A stretch of DNA of 64,000 nucleotides from an uncultured Verrucomicrobiota bacterium (lineage in GTDB: Bacteria; Verrucomicrobiota; Kiritimatiellia; CAIVKH01), in NCBI GenBank assembly GCA_964503335.1, contig CAZCZZ010000003.1:41384-105383 (forward strand), given 5' to 3'. A program made the position numbers and the translations under genes. Positions 35,810 through 46,232 of this stretch are shown piece by piece. A model generated the notes under the pieces. That model saw only the letters and a program-made list of their open reading frames with translations, was not told the origin of the DNA and searched no databases. Position 1 is the first letter of the stretch; each line of letters opens with the position of its first letter.

Positions 35810-38128
35810 ATGCGAACCTTCATCAACGCCTTCCATCGTCTTGCCGCGTCTGTGATTGTCGCGACCGCGCTATGCAGTTGCGCGGGCAAACCGTCGACAT
35901 CAGCCCGCCCGTGGAGAGACTTCGTTCGGGAACTTGCTGACAAGGGAAACTTCCCCCGGCTTGATGTACCTGGCACCCAGCTGATTTCCTCCTATGACCG
36001 GAAGGGTGGCAACGACGACTTCAACAACTTCCAGGGACCGGGCTCGGAGCCAGGATGGGTTACGCTGGCTGACCTCAAGGGACCCGGCGTAGTTCGTCGC
36101 TTCTGGACCACGGGCGCGGATCCAGGGCACGAATGCCGGTTCTTTTTCGACGGCGAGAAGAAGCCCCGCATCCAGGGCGCAGTCGATCAAGTCTTCGGGA
36201 ATCAAGAGCCTTTTGTGGAACCTCTCGCCCGCTACATGAATCTCTGCATCTCGAGCTTTGTGCCCCTCACGTACCAGAAATCGCTCCGCATCGAGATGAG
36301 GTCCCCCACCACACACCCGTTCTGGGGACCGCGCCGACTGTTCTTCCAGATCAACTATGAGAGCATGCCGTCCTCGACGGAGCTTGAGACATTTCCTGCA
36401 GTCCGTTCAGCGGAGGATTCACAAGTCGTCGCCGAGGTTTCAGCGGCGTGGCGCGATTCGGTGAAGTGGCCTGAGGCAGCCTTTGACAGACCCCATATGT
36501 CCATCCCTGCGGGGACGTCCGCCGTTGTGCTCGAAGAGGCTGGTCCAGGTGTGTTAACTCGACTGGCACTTCGCGTCCAACCGGCCGATACGAACGTATT
36601 GCAGTCAGACCGGGAAAGCCTGCTGCAATCCGTTCTGCTGAGGGTTCGCTACAATGGGAATAGCTTCGCAAGCATGGAAGTGCCTCTCGGAAGCCTCTTC
36701 TGCAATGCTTGGAGAGAGCGACATTTCGCAGCACTGGCAGTCGGATCGGGCACCAATGGATATGTGCTTTCGATGCCAATGCCTTTCCAGACTTCGGTCC
36801 AGATCGAACTGCAGAACGATTCACCGCTGGACATTGCAGCATCGGTCCAAGGCGTGACAGAAAAGTCATGGGACGACAGGTGGGGGTATCTCCATGCGGA
36901 ATGGAGGCGATCCGGTCCACAGCCGGGCATTCCACACACCTTCTGTGACGTCAAAGGTGACGGGAAGCTGGTGGGAACCTATTTGGGTGTCACGGGGATG
37001 GGACAGGACTGGTGGATTCTTGAAGGAGATGAATCCTGCTACGTAGACGGGAGTGCAACGCCCTTTTGGCGCGGTACGGGCCTGGAGGACTACTTCAACG
37101 CCGGTTGGTATTATAGAGGCGCTGCCTTTGCGGCCATGCATGGGATCTTCGACCGTGCTCCCTTCCGTGTCGGGCAGTATCGATTTCACCTCGTTGACCC
37201 GCTTCGCTTCACCAAATCGCTCCGCATGACCATCGAACGCGGTGACCAGAACGTAAGCCCGGGCTACTTCGAGAGTGTCTCCTACCTGTATCTGCGCGAG
37301 CCCGCGAAGGTCGCCGCAGTGCCAGCCGAACCGGGGGCACGCGCCGCCGTGGAAATGACCTACTTCCGACAGACCTTCATGCTGCAGCTGGTCGAACTCG
37401 AGCGCATGAACAACTTCAGCAAGGCTGCAGACCTCATCAAGGAGTATCTTGAGAGGTTTCCGGATGCGACGGAATGCGGCGTCTACCGTTTACGATGGAT
37501 CGAGTATCAGCGTTTGCTGGGACGGGAATACGCATCATCGGACTACGAGCCGTTCCTTCGTGGTGACCACGGTCCGGAAGCCCAGGAGCAAGCCAAGCTG
37601 TTGGTCTGGTTCCAGGAAAGGCCCGGCAGAGCCCTTGTCGGTCTGAACGCCAATGCCAAGGCGTCGCTTGTTCTAGACGGCAAACAGATACTCGCCGGTG
37701 ACCACCCCTATCAGCTCTTCGTGACCGGCGTCGAGTTGTCAGATGGCCCGCACGTCCTGTCGTGTACCGCAGAGATGGTCAGGCAGGAACCCTGGATTCA
37801 AATCGGCGTGCGTACGCGCGACGGATTTGCCGGCACGGGAATCGGTACATCCTTCTCCCGCGTCGCCTCACCAGGGTGGGATCAGCCTGGTCCAATGAAT
37901 CCAGCGTGGGAAGTAACGCTCCCCATGAACGTGCTGCGCGGAACACCGGATGCACCGATGATCGGTGGTGTGCCGAACGCCTTCATTCTCCTACAGTCCA
38001 AGGCGTATTCCATCCGCTCCATGGACTGGGGATACTATCGCGGCACGGCGTATTTCCGCCTGCCCTTCGAGACGCCCCTGCAAGGCTGGCCATCGTTTTC
38101 TTCCGGCCTTACAGGTCTGCCGCGTTAA
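35810..38128 (+). CDS. DUF2961 (GH172-like) lipoprotein.
   Basis: Lipobox ALCSCAG. Central region WRRSGP...WWILEGDESCYVDGSATPFWRGTGLEDYFNAGWYY resembles the DUF2961 signature. The C-terminal half is unassigned. Confidence 0.45.
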   Translation: MRTFINAFHRLAASVIVATALCSCAGKPSTSARPWRDFVRELADKGNFPRLDVPGTQLISSYDRKGGNDDFNNFQGPGSEPGWVTLADLKGPGVVRRFWTTGADPGHECRFFFDGEKKPRIQGAVDQVFGNQEPFVEPLARYMNLCISSFVPLTYQKSLRIEMRSPTTHPFWGPRRLFFQINYESMPSSTELETFPAVRSAEDSQVVAEVSAAWRDSVKWPEAAFDRPHMSIPAGTSAVVLEEAGPGVLTRLALRVQPADTNVLQSDRESLLQSVLLRVRYNGNSFASMEVPLGSLFCNAWRERHFAALAVGSGTNGYVLSMPMPFQTSVQIELQNDSPLDIAASVQGVTEKSWDDRWGYLHAEWRRSGPQPGIPHTFCDVKGDGKLVGTYLGVTGMGQDWWILEGDESCYVDGSATPFWRGTGLEDYFNAGWYYRGAAFAAMHGIFDRAPFRVGQYRFHLVDPLRFTKSLRMTIERGDQNVSPGYFESVSYLYLREPAKVAAVPAEPGARAAVEMTYFRQTFMLQLVELERMNNFSKAADLIKEYLERFPDATECGVYRLRWIEYQRLLGREYASSDYEPFLRGDHGPEAQEQAKLLVWFQERPGRALVGLNANAKASLVLDGKQILAGDHPYQLFVTGVELSDGPHVLSCTAEMVRQEPWIQIGVRTRDGFAGTGIGTSFSRVASPGWDQPGPMNPAWEVTLPMNVLRGTPDAPMIGGVPNAFILLQSKAYSIRSMDWGYYRGTAYFRLPFETPLQGWPSFSSGLTGLPR

Positions 38129-38131
38129 GGG

Positions 38132-38800
38132 CTAGAGCTTGGATGAGATAACGATCATCTCTTTCGAGAAGCCGGGTCGGATGGATGCGGCGATGCACTG
38201 CAGCCAGAAGAAGATTTTCGCGGCGATGCGAGCGCCGAAGGTTGTGTGAATTGGCAGGTTCGTGGTGTCCTGAATCAGCCAGATAAACTCCTCCACCTTC
38301 AAGCCACTCTTTCGCATGAGCCAATGCATGTTCTTGCGTGAGAATGTCAACGTGTGATCGTCGTTGATGTGTTCTTCACCCCACACAAGCACTTCGAGGA
38401 AAAAACCAAAGCCGTACGCGTGCGGAGTTGTTATCAGGACGCGCCCGCCTGGGGCGAGGTGCCTTGCGGCCGAACTGAGGAATCCGCCCGGGTTGATGAG
38501 GTGCTCAATAACCTCTGATGCAAGGATTACGTCAAAACCCTCGGGCTGCTTCTCCCGAATGTCAAACGTCTGGCAGTCTGCCGACACGATATCCCAGCCC
38601 TCTTTGTTCAGCTGGTCCACTACATCCTTCTCGTAATCCAAACCGACTAGCTTTGAGGCAACCTTCTTCAACTGCGCATGCCGCCAGTCCGGCAAGCGCG
38701 CCGCGTCAAGGTTGTGATTTACGCATCCGACATCGAGAACGCGTTTTCCACGGCAGAAATCGAGAATGAACTGGTCTTTTTCCGTTCTAAAGCGTGCCAT
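38132..38800 (-). CDS. Class I SAM-dependent methyltransferase.
   Basis: VLDVGCVNHN SAM motif and LAPGGRVLITTP. Confidence 0.7.
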   Translation of the reverse strand: MARFRTEKDQFILDFCRGKRVLDVGCVNHNLDAARLPDWRHAQLKKVASKLVGLDYEKDVVDQLNKEGWDIVSADCQTFDIREKQPEGFDVILASEVIEHLINPGGFLSSAARHLAPGGRVLITTPHAYGFGFFLEVLVWGEEHINDDHTLTFSRKNMHWLMRKSGLKVEEFIWLIQDTTNLPIHTTFGARIAAKIFFWLQCIAASIRPGFSKEMIVISSKL

Positions 38801-38985
38801 GCGTTTCCTTCCGAGACGTCGTATATGCGGGCGTTCCTGCCCGCGACAGGGTTCCGAATCGCCTCCAAGGCGATGACAAGCCGGTCATACTGCGCAGACG
38901 TCCGCGTAGTTTCAAGTCTGTAGCCTCATGCTACCAGACCACTCACGACGTAGCGGGCCGCGAATCGTCTTTGCATGGCGGGTGG

Positions 38986-41900
38986 TCAGGGCTTTTTCGT
39001 GGCCCTGATTCGGAGATAGAGCTGTCTCTCTTCGCCGAACCCGTTCGTGTAGCCCATGGTCACCCCTGTGCCGGGGACATTCTGGAACGCCGGGCTGGGT
39101 GTCCACGTCGCAAGATTCGTGGAGGTCTCGGCGGAGTAGACGCTGTCTACGCCGCTCTGCCACGAGATGACCGAGCCCGACAGTTCAGAGTTCAGGGTCC
39201 CCAAGTGACGGGCACCCAAGCCGGGGCCACCGCTTGTCGTGCTCGAGAGCCCCATACTCAGGAAACTGTCCGCGCTGTTCGGATCCGTGCCTGCAAGCTC
39301 TTCGTCCCTGTTCGAGACGCTGTCCCCATCGCTATCCAGAGCACCCTCATCGACAATTTCAGCAGGCGGCGGAAGGTCGCTTGACTCCTCGCTATCAACC
39401 GCGACGCCGCCCACGCGGAGCACCACGGTCTTCGGCCCCAACGTTGTATTGAAGAAGCTTTCGCGATTCGCCTGCGCGACACCGGAGCCGCTCTCGTTGG
39501 TCGAACCAACGACTTCCCAGATAAACGCGACATCGTTCGAAAGAGGGTTTCGCACCTTCCAATAACCGTTCCACATTGCGACGAGGCGAAGGGAATTGCC
39601 CTGTCCGTAGTTGACGACTTGTTTCGCGTAGTTGCCCATGCTGTCGAAGGCCATGATCGTTAGCACGTTGTATGTGCCGCGCACGCCGGTCACGGTGTAG
39701 TGGTATGTGTTTCCGCCACTGTGCGTAGCCGCCTTGCCATTGACCGTGACGCTGACGACAGCGACGTCATCCGTGGCAATGATCGTCATTGGAATCTGAT
39801 TTCCGTTGCTAACATGGCCGTCCGGCGGTGCGATGTGCACGATCACGGGGGGTGTGGCGTCGGAAGCCGTCGGGATGTACGTGCCAGTGACGATGACGTT
39901 TGATCCTGAGCCTAGCAGGACCGCGATATCCGCTGGTTCGCTCCAGGCGGGTATGTCTGCAAATGCGACCGAGTACTCGCCTGTCGGCAAGTAGACCGTC
40001 TTTCCGCTCTCAAGCCAGTCCGTCTCTCCCGCGATGCGCCACTTCGCACCGACCTCGCGCGCTTTTGCGGGCTCGAGGTGACAGGTCACGCTGGCCTTCG
40101 AAATAGGAATGGCATTTGTTTGCAGCTCGAAGCAGCCCATATCGACGAGGCTGTCAACGATCCGCGAGTTCCCGTCAAGATCGGTGTCCGTCGCCATCCA
40201 CTCCTGATTCGTTCCAGCGTTCGCGCACGTGGAACCCGGCTGCAGGTGATAGTCGGCGCCGCCCACGAACGAAGGATCATTCGTCAGATTCCCGTCGAGC
40301 CAATGGACAGGGCCTAGACCGGAAGTCAGAATTCCATTCGTACCACCTTTGACATCCGAGTATGAAACGGTCAGCGCCATGCCAAACCAACTCGTGTTGA
40401 AGGCCACCTCTTCGCTTCCATTGCCCCAGACGATCGAGTTCAGCAACTTCGGGTGACTGCTATAGGAGACGGCAAGACCCGCGCCCTTTGTTGCAGGCGC
40501 GATATTCCCGACGATCGTTACACTCTCAAGCAATGGACTTGAGGCATCGAAGAAGAGGCCGCCACCCTCGCCCGATGTCTCATTCGCCCTGATGAGCGAG
40601 TTCCGGATACTTGCGTCGCTGTGATAAAGAAGCAGTCCGCCTCCGCCGTCGGGGCCGTTATTCTCTTCAACGCGGATGTTGGCGATTTCAGGTGCCCCAT
40701 AAGACACGCGAATTCCTCCGCCATTCGCTGCGAGATTGCCGCGGACAGACACATTGCGCAGGGTCGGCGAGGAATGAGCCATATAGATTCCTCCGCCCTC
40801 CTGATCGGCGCGGTTGCCTGCGATCACGAGATCCTGCAAGCGCGGTTCAGCCGAGAAGCACCCGATACCGCCGCCGTGCCCGCCAGGCGCGGCGCCTTGC
40901 GCATAACCGTTCGTAATCGTAAAGCCAGCAAGCAGGGTATCGGGGCCCTCGCCGCCCGAGAAAGTCACCACACGGCCCAGATCACCGCCGTCGATGATCG
41001 TCTGGGAGACGTGTGACGCGTCCCCGTCAAGAGCAAGACGCGAAGCCAAACTGATCGTCTTGCCCAGGAAGTTGATGCGTTCGGCATAAATCCCATCGTC
41101 GACATATATGCTGTCGCCACTCGAACTGATCGCTATTGCATCCTGGATGTTAAGGGCAGCCGTGGCCCAGTTGGTATAGGGCGGGACTGCTGTTCCCGTC
41201 TTGGCCACATAGCGAACCGTGGGAACGGACGGAGGTTGAACCGTGACCAGGGTTATCGTGTCGGACCAAGCCGACAATGCCGCGGCATTTGTCACGCAAC
41301 GCGCCTGTGCGCTAATCGCAAAGATTCCAGGCTCCGTCCAAGTGTTTGAGCGAATGGCGCTGCCCCAATCCGACAGCGAACCATCGCCCCAGTCGAAACG
41401 GTACTCGACATCACACCCATCACTGCTCGTCGCGCCGCTTGATGCAAAGGCGAGGGTTTGATACACCAGTCCCGTGGCGGGACCGGATGGGACCTGCGGA
41501 GGGGTTATCGTGACCGGATATCCGGCAAACTCGTAGGCCCCCATGTCCACGATTCCATTGAGAATGCGGCTATTCCCGTCGAGGTCGGTGGGCTCCGTCG
41601 CCAGCCCGTTGTTTCCTGCGTTAATGCATGGAGAGCCTCCCGCCAGCCTGTACTGCGAGTCACCAAACAGGGGATCTGTGGAGATGTTGCCGACGCCGGC
41701 AGGAAGAGGTGTCGTATCGCAATACGTATAGTTGCCACCGCTCCAATTCCCTCCGTTGTTGCCGAAGATGATCGAGTTGCGAACCGACGCACCGTTGATC
41801 ACGTAACCCAGTCCCCCATAGACGGGCGCACTGTTTCCCGCGATCGTGCAGTTCTCGATAAACGCTCCCTGACTGCCCCAGTCTACAAATACGCCACCCG

Positions 41901-44900
41901 TATTCTGCGATCCGGTATTGTCGGCAATCAGACAGTTCTGCAGTCGGCCCGAGTGGTAGATATGCACCCCACCTGCGTTCGGCGAGGTGTTCCCCACAAT
42001 CCGACTGTTCCGAACCGCGCTGGCACCTGCATCCGTGAACCGCACACCGCCGCCACCCGCGCTCGCATAGTTGCTCTCAATCGCGGAGTTAAAGGTGTAG
42101 CCGCTGTACAGAATGTAGATGCCACCGCCTTCATAGGCGCTGTTGTTCTTCACTACGCAGTTGCTGATCGATGCGCCACCCGTCAGGTAAACGCCGCCGC
42201 CGTTGCGCTCATAGGGGAACGTACCGCTGAGGAACGTGCCACCGCCTGCGATCGTAAAGCCTTCGAGCCTTGCCCCACCCGCAAGGTAGACGCCGCGCAC
42301 AGCCGATGCGCCCTCGGGCCCCTGCCCCTCGATGACTGTCGAGGCTGGCCCATTGACACTGCGAATAGAAATTGAATTCGTGGCAACGACTCTGTTGGGC
42401 AACCCATAACCGGGCGTCAGCGCCGCACCCACTGAATAGACGCCATCCGTTACCACGACCGCGTCCCCGCTGATGGACACATTGATGGCAGCCTGGATGT
42501 TCGTCGCCGCCGTGGCCCAGTTGGTGTACGGAGGCACAGACGACCCTGTGAGTGACACATAGTGTGTCTGGATCACCGGTGGCGGAGACGTAACCGTTAC
42601 CAAACGATTGTCCGACCACGATGACATCGCGAAGACATTTGTGACGCAGCGGGCCTGAGCGCGCACAGAATAGCTCCCGGAGCTCAACCACGCATGCGAG
42701 TTGGTGGAGGAACCCCACGACGAATAGCCCCCATCACCCCAATCGAATCGGTACTCCACAGCGCTGCCGTCACTGGCTGACGATCCGCCTGACGAGTACT
42801 CTTCAATGGCAAACACGAGACTGGTTGTAGCACCCGATGGAACAGCCGGCGTACTCACCGTGGGACCGCCTCCCCCGACTTCGTATGCACCCATGTCCAC
42901 AACGCCGGATACGATTCTGCTGTTTCCATCGAGATCGGCATCACCGATCACATAGCTGTTCTGACCGGCATTGGCGCACGGCGAAAGCGCCGATATCCGG
43001 TATGCGCCATCGGCAAAGAGCGGGTCACCGGAAATGTTGCCTGCGCCTGACGGGAGCGGTGTCGTGTCGCTGTAGGAAAATGAACCAGCACTCCAATTCC
43101 CGCCGGAGTTCCCATAGATGATCGAATTGCGAACCGTCGGACCATTGACCACGTGGCCAATGCCGCCGTAGACCGGCGCGCTGTTTCCAGCAATAGTGCA
43201 GTTCTCGATAAACGCACCCTGGCTGCCCCAGTCGACGAAAACGCCACCCGTATTCTGTGATCCGACATTGTCGGCAATCAGACAGTTCTGCAGTCGGCCC
43301 GAGTGGTAGATATGCACCCCACCTGCGTTCGGCGAGGTGTTCCCCACAATCCGACTGTTCCGAACCGCGCTGGCACCTGCATCCGTGAACCGCACACCGC
43401 CGCCACCCGCGCTCGCATAGTTGCTCTCAATCGCGGAGTTAAAGGTGTAGCCGCTGTACAGAATGTAGATGCCACCGCCTTCATAGGCGCTGTTGTTCTT
43501 CACTACGCAGTTGCTGATCGATGCGCCACCCGTCAGGTAAACGCCGCCGCCGTTGCGCTCATAGGGGAACGTACCGCTGAGGAACGTGCCACCGCCCGCG
43601 ATCGTAAAGCCTTCGAGCCTTGCCCCACCCGCAAGATAGACACCGCGCACCGCCGACGAGCCTTCGGGCCCCTGCCCCTCAATCACAGTCGACGCCGGGC
43701 CGTTTACGCTTCGAATCACGACACCGTTGGTCGCGCGTACGCGGTTCGGCAGCGTGTAGCCGGGCGTTACGGACATGCCGACATTGTAAACACCATCAGT
43801 AACAATTACGGACTCACCAGGATTTGCTGCATTGACCGCAGCCTGGATATTCGTCGCCGCAGTAACCCAATTTGTGAAGGGATAGGCATGAGCACCCGAC
43901 AGTGATACGTAGCGATCCCCAGATACGGGAGGAAGGCTCGTGATCGACACCGTCAAGGCAGCAGACCAGCTCGAAACCGCGGCTAGATTCGTGATGCACC
44001 GAGCCTGGGCCTTGACTACGTACGACCCCGCTTCGGTCCATGCATGTGAATCTGTGCCGGAACCCCACGTCGAGTAGCTGCCATCGCCCCAGTCAAAGCG
44101 GTATTCCGGAGCACCACCATCCGAGCAGATCGACCCGCCCGTCGCGAACGACAGCACCGACCCCACCAACCCCGTGACAGGTCCCGAGGGCGAATCCGGC
44201 GCACTCACTGTAACACTGCCGCTAGCCGCAAACTCATAGGCCCCGATGTCCACGGTATCATAGAGGATGCGATCGTTACCATCCAGGTCGGCCGTTCCCA
44301 CTGCCAGGCCGTTGGAGCCTGCGTTCACACAGGGAGAGCTCGCACCGATACGGTAGTCTGCGTCGGCAAAAAGTGGATCATTGGTCGAATTTCCCGCTCC
44401 AGTCGGCTCTGGTGTGGTTACACAGTACAAGAAGGAACCTGCGCTCCAGTTTCCGCTCGAGTTGCCAAAGATTATCGAGTTGCGAACCGTCGGACCGTTG
44501 ATCACGTGGCCAATGCCGCCGTTGATCGGCGAGCTGTTTCCCGCAATTGTGCAGTTCTCGATGAATGCACCCTGGCTGCCCCAGTCGATGAAAACGCCAC
44601 CCGTATCCTGTGATCCGACATTGTCGGCAATCAGGCAGTTCTGGAGTCGCCCTGAATGATAGATATGCACACCACCAGCGTTGGGGGAAGTGTTCCTGAT
44701 GATACGACTGTTGCGAACCGCGCTGTTCCCCGCATCCGAGAAGCGAACTCCGCCACCGCCAGCCGTAGCATGGTTGCTCTGGATCAGGCAGTTGTCGGCG
44801 TAACCGCTAGTGAGAATATACAATCCCCCGCCCTCCAGCCCCGTATTGCTCTCCAGAACGCAGTTGCTGATCGATGCGCCACCCGTCAGGTAAACGCCGC

Positions 44901-45939
44901 CGCCGTTGCGATCATGCGGGAAGGTTCCACCCGTCATCGTGGCGCCATCGGAAACTGTGAAGCCTTCCAGCCGCGCTGCACCGGTCAGATACACGCCCCG
45001 AACGCTGCCAAGACCATCGATGGTCGTCACGGCTGGACCGTTCACACTTCGAATCACAACCGCATTGCTGGCCACAACCCGGTTCGACAACGCATAGCCA
45101 GGCGTCAGCTTCGTGCCCGCGCTGTAAACACCATCGGTCACGATCACCGTATCGCCAGCCGCTGCCGCATCAACCGCATCTTGTATCCTCAATGCCGCCA
45201 TCGCCCAGTTCGTGTAGGGAGGAACATTGCCGCCCGTGGGTGATACGTAGCGAGAACTTCCATCCGTATAGCTGGCAAGGGAAAACACCTCATTCGAAGA
45301 CAACGCACGATTGTATACCCGGACATCGTCGAGCCTGATTTTCGTAGGATCTCCCAATGTCCTTGAATTAGATAAAACCATTCTGACTGGCGATATCAAT
45401 GGCCAGCTCATTGTTGCTGTTGATACCGCAACTCCATCCGCGTACGTTTTGGTGCTACTATTCGAGATGACCGCAACTACATGTCGCCAACGTCCGATCA
45501 GATTCGAAACGCTGCTCATGATCTGATTGGAATTCACAGGACTACCGCAGCTGTGAAAATAGATATTCGAGTAAACTTGCGCCATTTGCGGGCCACCGCA
45601 AGTTGTACCAATGGACAACTCCCCAATTGCTGCACCTACGTCATATCGCTCCAAGTACATCCAGAAAGCGAGCGTGTACATTTGGGCGCTATTCACGGGT
45701 AAGTTGCTCACAACAAGCGCGCCACCGTCAAATGCATATGCCGATACCGCATCGCCGAACCTGTTAGACGTAGGAGAGTAGACCCCAGCAAGGACACCAT
45801 TTAAGGCATTTCCGCTGACATCGTTGGCATTGCCATCAAGTGGGTAGCTTGCGACAAGGCCGTCATTCAATTCTCCTCGCGCATTGAACAGCCCTGTTGC
45901 GGCGATACAGAACATGAAAACCGATGTCATCTTCTTCAT
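38986..45939 (-). CDS. Giant secreted multidomain protein (2317 aa). Signal peptide, LamG/ConA-like lectin domain, then 4 tandem modules, then Ig-like and calcium-binding-like C-terminal regions. Each module is a right-handed parallel beta-helix (PbH1) ending in DLDGNxRI...VD(M/I)GAYEF, followed by a PKD-like domain (EYRFDWGDG).
   Basis: GGAGG Shine-Dalgarno 8 nt upstream of the ATG at 45939. LamG hallmark LDDVRVYNRALSSNEVFSL. Repeated NCxIxxN / GGGV beta-helix rungs. Module starts at RYVSPTGGNVPPYTNW, RYVSLSGAHAYPFTNW, HYVSLTGSSVPPYTNW and RYVAKTGTAVPPYTNW. C-terminal DSDGDSVSNRDEELAGTDPNSADS (thrombospondin type 3-like motif). Confidence 0.8.
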   Translation of the reverse strand: MKKMTSVFMFCIAATGLFNARGELNDGLVASYPLDGNANDVSGNALNGVLAGVYSPTSNRFGDAVSAYAFDGGALVVSNLPVNSAQMYTLAFWMYLERYDVGAAIGELSIGTTCGGPQMAQVYSNIYFHSCGSPVNSNQIMSSVSNLIGRWRHVVAVISNSSTKTYADGVAVSTATMSWPLISPVRMVLSNSRTLGDPTKIRLDDVRVYNRALSSNEVFSLASYTDGSSRYVSPTGGNVPPYTNWAMAALRIQDAVDAAAAGDTVIVTDGVYSAGTKLTPGYALSNRVVASNAVVIRSVNGPAVTTIDGLGSVRGVYLTGAARLEGFTVSDGATMTGGTFPHDRNGGGVYLTGGASISNCVLESNTGLEGGGLYILTSGYADNCLIQSNHATAGGGGVRFSDAGNSAVRNSRIIRNTSPNAGGVHIYHSGRLQNCLIADNVGSQDTGGVFIDWGSQGAFIENCTIAGNSSPINGGIGHVINGPTVRNSIIFGNSSGNWSAGSFLYCVTTPEPTGAGNSTNDPLFADADYRIGASSPCVNAGSNGLAVGTADLDGNDRILYDTVDIGAYEFAASGSVTVSAPDSPSGPVTGLVGSVLSFATGGSICSDGGAPEYRFDWGDGSYSTWGSGTDSHAWTEAGSYVVKAQARCITNLAAVSSWSAALTVSITSLPPVSGDRYVSLSGAHAYPFTNWVTAATNIQAAVNAANPGESVIVTDGVYNVGMSVTPGYTLPNRVRATNGVVIRSVNGPASTVIEGQGPEGSSAVRGVYLAGGARLEGFTIAGGGTFLSGTFPYERNGGGVYLTGGASISNCVVKNNSAYEGGGIYILYSGYTFNSAIESNYASAGGGGVRFTDAGASAVRNSRIVGNTSPNAGGVHIYHSGRLQNCLIADNVGSQNTGGVFVDWGSQGAFIENCTIAGNSAPVYGGIGHVVNGPTVRNSIIYGNSGGNWSAGSFSYSDTTPLPSGAGNISGDPLFADGAYRISALSPCANAGQNSYVIGDADLDGNSRIVSGVVDMGAYEVGGGGPTVSTPAVPSGATTSLVFAIEEYSSGGSSASDGSAVEYRFDWGDGGYSSWGSSTNSHAWLSSGSYSVRAQARCVTNVFAMSSWSDNRLVTVTSPPPVIQTHYVSLTGSSVPPYTNWATAATNIQAAINVSISGDAVVVTDGVYSVGAALTPGYGLPNRVVATNSISIRSVNGPASTVIEGQGPEGASAVRGVYLAGGARLEGFTIAGGGTFLSGTFPYERNGGGVYLTGGASISNCVVKNNSAYEGGGIYILYSGYTFNSAIESNYASAGGGGVRFTDAGASAVRNSRIVGNTSPNAGGVHIYHSGRLQNCLIADNTGSQNTGGVFVDWGSQGAFIENCTIAGNSAPVYGGLGYVINGASVRNSIIFGNNGGNWSGGNYTYCDTTPLPAGVGNISTDPLFGDSQYRLAGGSPCINAGNNGLATEPTDLDGNSRILNGIVDMGAYEFAGYPVTITPPQVPSGPATGLVYQTLAFASSGATSSDGCDVEYRFDWGDGSLSDWGSAIRSNTWTEPGIFAISAQARCVTNAAALSAWSDTITLVTVQPPSVPTVRYVAKTGTAVPPYTNWATAALNIQDAIAISSSGDSIYVDDGIYAERINFLGKTISLASRLALDGDASHVSQTIIDGGDLGRVVTFSGGEGPDTLLAGFTITNGYAQGAAPGGHGGGIGCFSAEPRLQDLVIAGNRADQEGGGIYMAHSSPTLRNVSVRGNLAANGGGIRVSYGAPEIANIRVEENNGPDGGGGLLLYHSDASIRNSLIRANETSGEGGGLFFDASSPLLESVTIVGNIAPATKGAGLAVSYSSHPKLLNSIVWGNGSEEVAFNTSWFGMALTVSYSDVKGGTNGILTSGLGPVHWLDGNLTNDPSFVGGADYHLQPGSTCANAGTNQEWMATDTDLDGNSRIVDSLVDMGCFELQTNAIPISKASVTCHLEPAKAREVGAKWRIAGETDWLESGKTVYLPTGEYSVAFADIPAWSEPADIAVLLGSGSNVIVTGTYIPTASDATPPVIVHIAPPDGHVSNGNQIPMTIIATDDVAVVSVTVNGKAATHSGGNTYHYTVTGVRGTYNVLTIMAFDSMGNYAKQVVNYGQGNSLRLVAMWNGYWKVRNPLSNDVAFIWEVVGSTNESGSGVAQANRESFFNTTLGPKTVVLRVGGVAVDSEESSDLPPPAEIVDEGALDSDGDSVSNRDEELAGTDPNSADSFLSMGLSSTTSGGPGLGARHLGTLNSELSGSVISWQSGVDSVYSAETSTNLATWTPSPAFQNVPGTGVTMGYTNGFGEERQLYLRIRATKKP
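41921..42293. repeat. Internal direct repeat copy B (~373 bp). About 99.7% identical to 43271..43643 (period 1350 bp = 450 aa), within the giant adhesin gene.
   Basis: Identical 68-aa antisense ORFs at 41928..42134 and 43278..43484. Direct base-by-base comparison shows one mismatch in ~373 bp, with flanks ~80-85% identical. Confidence 0.85.
43271..43643. repeat. Internal direct repeat copy A, partner of 41921..42293. A third, more diverged copy lies around 44620.
   Basis: Same comparison as for copy B. Confidence 0.85.
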
Positions 45940-46232
45940 TTGGCTACCTCCAACTTGCCTTTCGGCCCGACCACATCATCAACCGGCTTGCCAGATTACA
46001 CACGCAAGGTATCAAAGGGAACAACGACCACGCCCACACTCATTACTCAAGCGCACAAAGCAGGCTACCACCATCACCGAGTGTCTCATTTCATAGATAA
46101 GTCTACATCCCGTAGATGCTTCGGGACACTCCTTTTTTGTAAGTATTGATCCCCTACCGGACTATAGGGGATCGCACTACGCTAAGCACAGCAGACCGGC
46201 CAGAAACATCGCGTGCGAGTCCCGTGGACAAG

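Noticed and set aside
38986-39007. Hairpin cagggc-tttttcgtg-gccctg near the 3' end of the giant gene, as a possible terminator
   Set aside because: It lies inside the coding sequence, encoding the last residues ATKKP plus the stop, and is not followed by a U-tract on the transcribed strand.
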